From a bacterium (GTDB taxonomy: Bacteria; Methylomirabilota; Methylomirabilia; CAVQYV01), in assembly GCA_043800755.1 (NCBI GenBank), contig JAZDMQ010000083.1, positions 1-24,620 on the forward strand: 24,620 nucleotides of DNA, read 5' to 3'. The position numbers and the translations under genes are program-made. Every line of letters begins with the position of its first letter. Position 1 is the first letter of the stretch. The notes under the pieces are model-generated. The model did not search any database. It was not told the DNA's origin and saw only the letters and a program-made list of their open reading frames with translations. This document shows, one piece after another, positions 1 through 6,686 of this stretch.

Positions 1-2
1 AC

Positions 3-839
3 CTGATGAGTTTCTACCAGCCCAAGAGTGAGATATCCCGCATCAATCAGACCCCTGCCCACCAAAGGGTAAAGGTGGGCAGGGAGGTCTTCGGCCTCCT
101 GCGGCATGCCCAGGCGATCTCCCACCTGACCCAAGGGTCCTTCGACATCACCTTCTCCCCTCTTTGGCATCTCTGGGGGCAATGTGCCAGGGAGAAGAGG
201 CTTCCGTCTTCCGAGGAATTGATGAGGGCAAAGGCCCTTGTGGACTACCGGAAGATTCGCTTGTACGAGCGGAACCACGAAGTGGAATGTATGGGAACGG
301 GAATGAAGGTGAATCTCGGGGGAATCGCCAAGGGCTATGCCTTGAGCAGGGCGGGAGATATGTTGCAAAATACCGGCCTGCATAATTTCTTAATCAACAT
401 AGGAGGCGATGTCCTGGCCGCGGGCGAAGGCAGGGAAGGGAAAGGATGGCGCATAGGAATTCAACACCCCCGCAAAGGTCATGAATTCATCGGAGTCTTG
501 GTGCTCAACGATTGCTTTGCCTTGACCTCGGGGGATTATGAGCGCTACTTCGAGATCAAGGGAGGCCGATACCACCATATCATCGATGCCCGGTCTGGAT
601 ATCCGGCCTCGGGCTGTTCCGCAGTGACGATCCTCACCCCACGCCTCACCGGGGACTATCTTCCCTCGGTGGCCCTATTCCTCTTGGGGCCAGAGGAGGG
701 ACTGCGTGTCCTTGAAGCTCATCCAGAGGTGGCTGGCCTGATCATCACCCCTGAGGGAAGGGTTTTCACCACTCCCAACCTCTCCCCCTACCTGGAGAGA
801 CCATTGCCTCTGCAAATCGAAATGGCGGAAGCGGATTGA
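3..839 (+). CDS. apbE: FAD:protein FMN transferase (ApbE family), 5'-truncated by window edge
   Basis: Motifs MSxYxPxSEISRIN, GSFDIT, NLGGIAKGYA, NIGGD, WRIGIQHPR, TSGDYERYF, RYHHIIDARSGYP. The frame is open to the window start and the first motif is normally internal. Confidence 0.93.
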   Translation: MMSFYQPKSEISRINQTPAHQRVKVGREVFGLLRHAQAISHLTQGSFDITFSPLWHLWGQCAREKRLPSSEELMRAKALVDYRKIRLYERNHEVECMGTGMKVNLGGIAKGYALSRAGDMLQNTGLHNFLINIGGDVLAAGEGREGKGWRIGIQHPRKGHEFIGVLVLNDCFALTSGDYERYFEIKGGRYHHIIDARSGYPASGCSAVTILTPRLTGDYLPSVALFLLGPEEGLRVLEAHPEVAGLIITPEGRVFTTPNLSPYLERPLPLQIEMAEAD

Positions 840-930
840 GCGGAGGCTGGTACGTATGATGCCGTCTGTGGGGGATCCATTTGCGGGGTTTTCTTCTCCA
901 AACCTATCCAAAGAGCTACCCAAATTTGTC

Positions 931-960
931 TTGACAGGGGAAAGCGGTTTTGTGTATTTT
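931..960 (+). promoter_or_regulatory. Putative sigma70 promoter for the dehydrogenase/cytochrome operon
   Basis: Perfect TTGACA (931-936), 18-nt spacer, TATTTT (955-960); AAGGAG RBS upstream of ATG 1015. Confidence 0.55.
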
Positions 961-1014
961 CGCAGGGGCCATCATGATTCGGAGTACTTGTGTCTGTAAG
1001 GAAAGGAGAGGCAA

Positions 1015-1620
1015 ATGAGGGAAAAGATCTCTCGCAGAGGTTTCCTCAAAGCTGTGGCAGGTGGTGCCGCCCTCCTGGCTTTAAAAGGAATGGAAGACGG
1101 AAGTGGCCTGAGCAAGGCGATGGGGGCAGAAACGAGTACCTCTGCACATAAGTTCTTTGACGAACACCAGTGGAAGACCGTGGAGGCACTGACCGCGCAG
1201 ATCATTCCCACCGATCAATACCCGGGGGCCAAGGAGGCGGGCGTCGTGAACTATATCGATATCGCCTTGGCCACGGTCTATTCGTCCCAGCAGGAGATGT
1301 ATGTGCTGGGGGTAAAGGGAGTGGATCAGTCCGCCAAAGCCATGTTCAAGAAGGATCGATTCATCGATTTGAAGCCGGAAGAGCAGGTAGTGCTAATAAA
1401 GGCCATGGAGAAGGATGAGGCCCCAGGGGAGATCTGGAAGGAGCTTCCTGGCTCGTCCTTCTTGTTTGACTGCCTCCTCGCCCATACCTATGAGGGATTC
1501 TATGGCGATCCCAAGTACGGAGGGAATCAGAACTATGTCGGATGGGCTCTGGTGGGCTTTCCCGGACCTTCCCAGCCGAGGGGATATTCCCCTCCCTTTG
1601 TGCGCATGACTGAAGAGTAA
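1015..1620 (+). CDS. Gluconate 2-dehydrogenase subunit 3 (gamma)-family protein with Tat signal
   Basis: Tat motif SRRGFLK followed by a hydrophobic stretch; family motifs IIPTDxxPGAKEAGVVNYID and EGFYGDPKYGGNQNYVGWALVGFPG; directly precedes a GMC gene. Confidence 0.9.
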   Translation: MREKISRRGFLKAVAGGAALLALKGMEDGSGLSKAMGAETSTSAHKFFDEHQWKTVEALTAQIIPTDQYPGAKEAGVVNYIDIALATVYSSQQEMYVLGVKGVDQSAKAMFKKDRFIDLKPEEQVVLIKAMEKDEAPGEIWKELPGSSFLFDCLLAHTYEGFYGDPKYGGNQNYVGWALVGFPGPSQPRGYSPPFVRMTEE

Positions 1621-1658
1621 CCAAGGGGCGAGCGTATCTATCAATTTGGAGGAACAAT

Positions 1659-3290
1659 ATGGGGAACAAGAAGGTAGATATCTGTGTTATCGGGACCGGT
1701 GCGGCCGGGGGAGTCATGTGCAAAGAGCTCAGCCAGGCCGGTTTCGAGGTAGTGGCCTTGGAGGTGGGACCCTTCCGCACCCCGGCGGATTTCGAGAACG
1801 ACGAACTGGGCCAGGCGATCCGTTTCTATTTCCTCCCGGATCCCCAGTATTATCCCAATACCCTGCGCACAGATCCAAAGGAAAAGGCGGAGCCAGGATT
1901 TCATGTAGCCCGCAATATGGGAGTCGGGGGAAGCACCCTGACCTATTGCGCCCTCTCTTGGCGGTATCATGAGTCAGATTTTAAAGTGAAATCAACGGAT
2001 GGGACGGTGGCCGGGGCGAGCATCGAGGATTGGCCTTTTACCTATGACGAGCTCGAGCCCTTCTATGAGAAGGCGGAGTACGAGATCGGGGTGTCGGGAC
2101 TGGCAGGGGCCAACCCCTTCGATCCGCCGAGAAAGAGCCCCTATCCCATGCCTCCTTTGCTGCCCATCGGGGCCGGACAGATGTGCATCAAAGGGGCCAA
2201 GAAGTTAGGACTCCATCCCTTTCCCTCCCCCATGGCGATTAACACCATCTGGTATGATGGAAGGCCGCCTTGTGTCTATTGCGGGTTCTGCGGTTGGTAC
2301 GCCTGCATGCGGGCCGCCCGCGGGAGCACCCTGAACAATGTGATCCCCAAGGCCCTGGCCACGGGAAAATGCGAGATTCGGCCCAATTGCATGGTACGGG
2401 AGATCGCGGTTGATGAGCAGGGCAGAGCCAAGGCCGCCATCTACCTCGACCCCGAGGGCAAGGAGCAGGCACAAGAGGCAAAGCTTTTCTTGCTCTGCGG
2501 GGGGGCGATCGAGTCGGCCCGGCTATTGCTGATGTCGAAATCCGGCAAGTTCCCCCAGGGACTCGCCAATGCCAGTGGCCTGGTGGGCAAGAACATGATG
2601 TATCACATCCAGGCCCAGGCGGAGGGGGTTTTCCCCTGGCCGGTGAATGCCTTCAAGGGCCCATTTTCCACCGTCTGCGTCCACGACTTCTACGAGACGG
2701 ATATCAAGCGTGGCTTCATTCGGGGGGGCACCATCGAAGGGTCCACCTATCGAGGTCCCATCACCTTCCAGTGGAGGCGGCCGCCGGATGAACCCCTGTG
2801 GGGTCAGCGCCATAAGGACTTCTCCCGGGAATATTTCTCCCACTGGATGGCCCTGTTGCTCCACGGCGAGGACCTCCCTCAGGAGTCGAGCATTATCGAT
2901 CTCGACCCAGAGGTAAAGGACAAGTATAGGCTGTCCGTGGCCCGCATCACCCACAAATATCACGAGAATGACTACAAGGCAGCCAATTATATTGGTGCTC
3001 GGGCGCGGGAGATTATGGAGGCAGCGGGAGCGATCAAGACCTGGGGAGGCGAGTTGGAGGAGCTGCATGGCCAAAGCGCCCACCATATGGGCACTTGCCG
3101 CATGGGCAATGATCCCAGCAAGTCCGTGCTCGATAGATGGTGCCGGGCCCACGATGTCCCCAATCTCTTCGTTCCCGATGCCTCCTGTTTTGTGACCTCC
3201 GCGGGGGCCAATCCTGCCCTGACGATCCAGGCGATCGCCTTCCGCACCGCCGACTATATCATCAAATCGGCGAAGCAGCTGGATTTGTAA
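1659..3290 (+). CDS. GMC-family FAD oxidoreductase (gluconate/glycoside dehydrogenase large-subunit-like)
   Basis: N-terminal GTGAAG Rossmann motif, GVGGST, DWPFTYDELEPFYEKAE, CVYCGFCGWYAC, GLVGKN, active-site AHHMGTCRMG and GANPALT; GGAGG RBS; no signal peptide. Confidence 0.93.
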   Translation: MGNKKVDICVIGTGAAGGVMCKELSQAGFEVVALEVGPFRTPADFENDELGQAIRFYFLPDPQYYPNTLRTDPKEKAEPGFHVARNMGVGGSTLTYCALSWRYHESDFKVKSTDGTVAGASIEDWPFTYDELEPFYEKAEYEIGVSGLAGANPFDPPRKSPYPMPPLLPIGAGQMCIKGAKKLGLHPFPSPMAINTIWYDGRPPCVYCGFCGWYACMRAARGSTLNNVIPKALATGKCEIRPNCMVREIAVDEQGRAKAAIYLDPEGKEQAQEAKLFLLCGGAIESARLLLMSKSGKFPQGLANASGLVGKNMMYHIQAQAEGVFPWPVNAFKGPFSTVCVHDFYETDIKRGFIRGGTIEGSTYRGPITFQWRRPPDEPLWGQRHKDFSREYFSHWMALLLHGEDLPQESSIIDLDPEVKDKYRLSVARITHKYHENDYKAANYIGARAREIMEAAGAIKTWGGELEELHGQSAHHMGTCRMGNDPSKSVLDRWCRAHDVPNLFVPDASCFVTSAGANPALTIQAIAFRTADYIIKSAKQLDL

Positions 3291-3420
3291 GAGGGAGGAG
3301 GGAAGGCGGAGGGAAGGAGACAAGAGGGCAGGAAAGGGCCCGGCAGGAAAGACCTAAGGGAAGGGTTGACCTGAGGACCTTGGAACCGGATCGATTATCA
3401 AATGAGGAGGGAGAGTTTCA

Positions 3421-3891
3421 ATGTGGAGATGGAATAGATCATGGCTTTGGCTAATCATCGCATGTCTGGCCCTTATCGGGCCGCAGCTCCTCTCGGCTCC
3501 CCAACCATGCATGGCGCAGACCGCCGCCGAGGACACCTTGAATGCGGAGATTGGGAAGATCGATGATGAGGCAAGCAAGGATGTCAATAAGGTGGATGAG
3601 GCATTGAAGGAGCAGTTTGGGACGGCCAAGGAGGAGATCCAATCGTTCCTCAATGAAAAGCTGAGTTATGGCAATATTGCTGCGCTCTTGGCCACTTCCG
3701 CTAACTCGGGCAAGCCAAAGCAGGATGTCCTGGGATTGGTGAAGTCAGGGAAGAAATGGGGAGAGATCGCCGGCCAACTCGGGGCCGACCTGGGGGTTAT
3801 CCTCACCCAAGTCCAGGAGGTGGGCAAGAAGGTGAGCGCCGAGGCCGCGGCCAAGCCCAAGCGCAAGATGAAATTCGCTCCAGGCACCTAA
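3421..3891 (+). CDS. Uncharacterised secreted helical protein
   Basis: GAGGAG RBS; Sec-type signal peptide (probable cleavage CMA|Q); (Y/W)G(N/E)IA motif present twice. Confidence 0.75.
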   Translation: MWRWNRSWLWLIIACLALIGPQLLSAPQPCMAQTAAEDTLNAEIGKIDDEASKDVNKVDEALKEQFGTAKEEIQSFLNEKLSYGNIAALLATSANSGKPKQDVLGLVKSGKKWGEIAGQLGADLGVILTQVQEVGKKVSAEAAAKPKRKMKFAPGT

Positions 3892-3970
3892 AAGGATACT
3901 TGACCTCTCTTCATCCTCTGCGAAGGATGAGGGCTCAATTGCAGAAGGAGATGAAAGGAGTTAGGGATCG

Positions 3971-4498
3971 ATGAGACGAAAATTTGGGCTGATTCTACTG
4001 GTCTCCTTCATTGCCCTGATGGGGATGTCCATTGACACTTTTTCAGCGCAGATGGCCGCCAAGTACATCGGGACCGACACCTGCAAGATGTGTCACATGA
4101 AGCAATACCGATCATGGGCTCAGACCAAGATGGCCAAGACCTTTCAGGATAGTTTGAACGCCGAGCAAAGGCAAGAGCCCGAGTGCATTTCCTGCCACAG
4201 CACCGGGTTTAAGCGGCCCGGGGGATTTGAAAATTCCCAGAGCACCCCCAAGATGGCCGGGGTCCAATGTGAAGGCTGCCATGGTCCAGGGTCTTTGTAT
4301 TACACGGATCAGATGATGCGGAACAGGTATGCCTCCATGCAGGTGGGGATGCTGGAACAGAATGAGAAGGTGTGCATCACCTGTCACAACGAGAATAGCC
4401 CGACCTATCCCGGGCCCTTCAAATTTGATAAGAACAAGGGGGTACACGAGCATTCTCCGATGAGTCAGTGGTTTAAGAAGCATCAGTTCGACCGCTGA
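3971..4498 (+). CDS. Periplasmic tetraheme cytochrome c (c554-like family)
   Basis: Signal peptide; four CxxCH (CKMCH, CISCH, CEGCH, CITCH); YIGxxxC, CHxTG and GVQCExCHGPGS signatures; AAGGAG RBS. Confidence 0.9.
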   Translation: MRRKFGLILLVSFIALMGMSIDTFSAQMAAKYIGTDTCKMCHMKQYRSWAQTKMAKTFQDSLNAEQRQEPECISCHSTGFKRPGGFENSQSTPKMAGVQCEGCHGPGSLYYTDQMMRNRYASMQVGMLEQNEKVCITCHNENSPTYPGPFKFDKNKGVHEHSPMSQWFKKHQFDR

Positions 4499-4547
4499 GA
4501 GATGCCACGCGGGGGAGGGGACGTTATAGCAAAGGAGGGTCAAGGGG

Positions 4548-5030
4548 ATGAAGGGAAGCAGACAAAAAGGGTGGAGATTCGTTTTGGTCCTGGGCTTTGT
4601 CCTTTGGTCATCGATATCCTGGGCGCAGGAGCCTACCTATGCGACCTCCAAGAAATGTAAACCATGCCATGCCAAGCAATTCAGGTCCTGGGAAGCGACC
4701 AAGATGGCCAAGGCCTTCGACCTTTTAAAGGCGGAGGAGCAAGGCAAACCCGAGTGTCTCGCCTGCCATGCGACCGGATTTGGGAAAGAGGGTGGATTCA
4801 AGAACTTAGAGGAAACGCCCACCATGGTGGGAATACAGTGCGAGGCCTGCCATGGTCCGGGGAGCATCTATTTTCGGGTGATGAAGGACAGAGAGAAATC
4901 CAGGGCCGGTGGCCTGCTGGACCAAACCGAGGCGGTCTGTAAGGTGTGCCATAATGAGAAGAGCCCAACCTTCAAGACCCCGCTCAAATTCGACAAGAAT
5001 GTGGGAATTCACGAGCACTTCACGAAATAG
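4548..5030 (+). CDS. Periplasmic tetraheme cytochrome c (c554-like family), paralog of upstream gene
   Basis: Signal peptide (SWA|Q); four CxxCH (CKPCH, CLACH, CEACH, CKVCH); GIQCEACHGPGS. Confidence 0.9.
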   Translation: MKGSRQKGWRFVLVLGFVLWSSISWAQEPTYATSKKCKPCHAKQFRSWEATKMAKAFDLLKAEEQGKPECLACHATGFGKEGGFKNLEETPTMVGIQCEACHGPGSIYFRVMKDREKSRAGGLLDQTEAVCKVCHNEKSPTFKTPLKFDKNVGIHEHFTK

Positions 5031-5075
5031 AGGAGTCATTCTGGGATTTGCCCCCTCAAGGTGAAGCATGGTTTC

Positions 5076-5110
5076 ATGACTGGTGTAGGACCTACACCAG
5101 TCATTTTTTT
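5076..5110 (+). terminator. Intrinsic terminator closing the cytochrome operon
   Basis: Perfect inverted repeat ATGACTGGTGTAGG-A-CCTACACCAGTCAT running into a T7 tract (5104-5110). Confidence 0.85.
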
Positions 5111-5207
5111 CAGGCCTCCTTTGGTTTAAAGAACCGGGGGAGGGAGTTCAGACGCGGCAGAGGATGGTTTTGCAGGATCTCGCTGGTGGGGGGAAGGAGA
5201 GGAAAGA

Positions 5208-6614
5208 TTGAACAGTTATGATTTGGCCATCTTGGGGGCCGGGCCCGGTGGTTATGTGGCGGCGATCCGGGGGGCCCAATTGGGTGGCAGGATCGTGGTG
5301 ATAGAAAGGGACGAAGTAGGAGGGACCTGCCTCAACCGGGGGTGCATCCCCACCAAGTCCCTGATTGCTTCAGCAGAGGCCTATGAGACGATCCGCAAGG
5401 CGAACGAGTTTGGTATCGTAGTTTCAGGAGAGCCAAGGCCTGACCTGGCAGCGATGGTTGCCCGAAAGGATAGGATCGTCGAGCTCCAGGTCAAGGGGAT
5501 CAAGGGCCTGTTAAAAAGTGCTGGGGTGACGCTGATCTCAGGAGAAGGGTCAATCCTGGGCCCGGGTCGGCTTCGGGTCAGGAAACCAGATGGCGGAGAG
5601 GAGGAGATTGCGGCGAGGAAGATCATCATCGCCACCGGTTCGCGGCCCGCGAATCTGCCAGGCCTCGCTTTAGATGGTAAGAGCATCCTCTCGAGTACGG
5701 AGGCTTTGGCCCTGACCCAGGTCCCCCGCTCCCTACTGATCGTAGGGGCAGGGGTCATCGGCTGCGAGTTGGCCTTTTTCTTCAACAGCCTGGGCAGCGA
5801 GGTGACCATGGTGGAGATGCTGGCCCATGCCCTTCCGCTCGAAGATGAGGATATCTCCCGCCTTTTGGAGCGGGAATTAAAGAAGCGAAAGATCACGCTT
5901 TATGCCCAAAATAGGGTAGAGGGCCTGGAGGCCGACGGAGAAGGGAATTGGATGGCCCGTCTGGCCGGGGGACAGACGGTCAAAGCCGAGAAGATCCTGG
6001 TCTCGGTGGGTCGCAGATTCAATGTAGAGGGGATTGGGTTGGAAGAGCTGGGCATCCCTTTGGGGCCTCGGGGCGAGATTCAGGTGAACGAGAGGATGGA
6101 GACGCAAGCAGAGGGGATCTATGCCATTGGGGATGTAGTGGGCGGGATGCTCTTGGCCCATGTCGCCTCCAAGGGAGGGCTGGTGGCGGTCGCCAACGCC
6201 CTCGGTGGCTCCCAGAAGCTCGATACCCGGGTGGTCCCCAATGCCATCTTCACTCATCCCGAGATTGGGTCGGTGGGGCTGAAGGAAAAAGAGGCGAAGG
6301 ACCTGGGCTATGAGGTCGGGGTGGGCCGCGTTCCCTATCGGGCGTTAGGAAAATCCCATGCCCTGGGCGAGATTGTCGGTGAGGTGAAGATCGTTGCCGA
6401 TTCGGGCTCGGGGGAATTATTGGGGGTGCATATCATTGGACCTTGCGCGACGGAGCTCATTCACGAGGCAGCCCTGGCGCTCTCCTTGGAGGCGACCGTG
6501 GAAGATTTGGCAGAGATGATCCATGCCCATCCCACCCTCTCCGAGCTATTGATGGAGGCCGCCCACGATGTGTCTGGCCGGGCCATTCATATCCCCAAGC
6601 GGGCTCTCTCGTAA
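5208..6614 (+). CDS. lpdA: Dihydrolipoyl dehydrogenase (E3)
   Basis: GAGPGGYVAAIR, redox disulfide GGTCLNRGCIPTK, GAGVIGCE, AIGD, MLLAH, C-terminal HAHPTLSE; TTG start after GGAGAGG. Confidence 0.95.
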   Translation: MNSYDLAILGAGPGGYVAAIRGAQLGGRIVVIERDEVGGTCLNRGCIPTKSLIASAEAYETIRKANEFGIVVSGEPRPDLAAMVARKDRIVELQVKGIKGLLKSAGVTLISGEGSILGPGRLRVRKPDGGEEEIAARKIIIATGSRPANLPGLALDGKSILSSTEALALTQVPRSLLIVGAGVIGCELAFFFNSLGSEVTMVEMLAHALPLEDEDISRLLERELKKRKITLYAQNRVEGLEADGEGNWMARLAGGQTVKAEKILVSVGRRFNVEGIGLEELGIPLGPRGEIQVNERMETQAEGIYAIGDVVGGMLLAHVASKGGLVAVANALGGSQKLDTRVVPNAIFTHPEIGSVGLKEKEAKDLGYEVGVGRVPYRALGKSHALGEIVGEVKIVADSGSGELLGVHIIGPCATELIHEAALALSLEATVEDLAEMIHAHPTLSELLMEAAHDVSGRAIHIPKRALS

Positions 6615-6686
6615 CATCTGGATTCCGGGAAGACCCGCCCCCCGGGCGGGGCTCCAGTTGCTGGGCTATTAGGGGCAGAGGTTTAT

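Noticed and set aside
950-967. Full Rex box at the dehydrogenase promoter
   Set aside because: Only the left half matches; the right arm does not fit the 18-bp palindrome, so it is not annotated as an operator.
3908-3933. Hairpin TCATCCT/AGGATGA before the first cytochrome
   Set aside because: No U tract, so not called a terminator; at most an mRNA stability element.
4496-4548. Possible readthrough fusing the two cytochromes into an octaheme protein
   Set aside because: They are in different frames, and the second gene has its own RBS and signal peptide.
6634-6650. GC hairpin CCCGCCC/GGGCGGG after lpdA
   Set aside because: No following T run; insufficient support for a terminator call.
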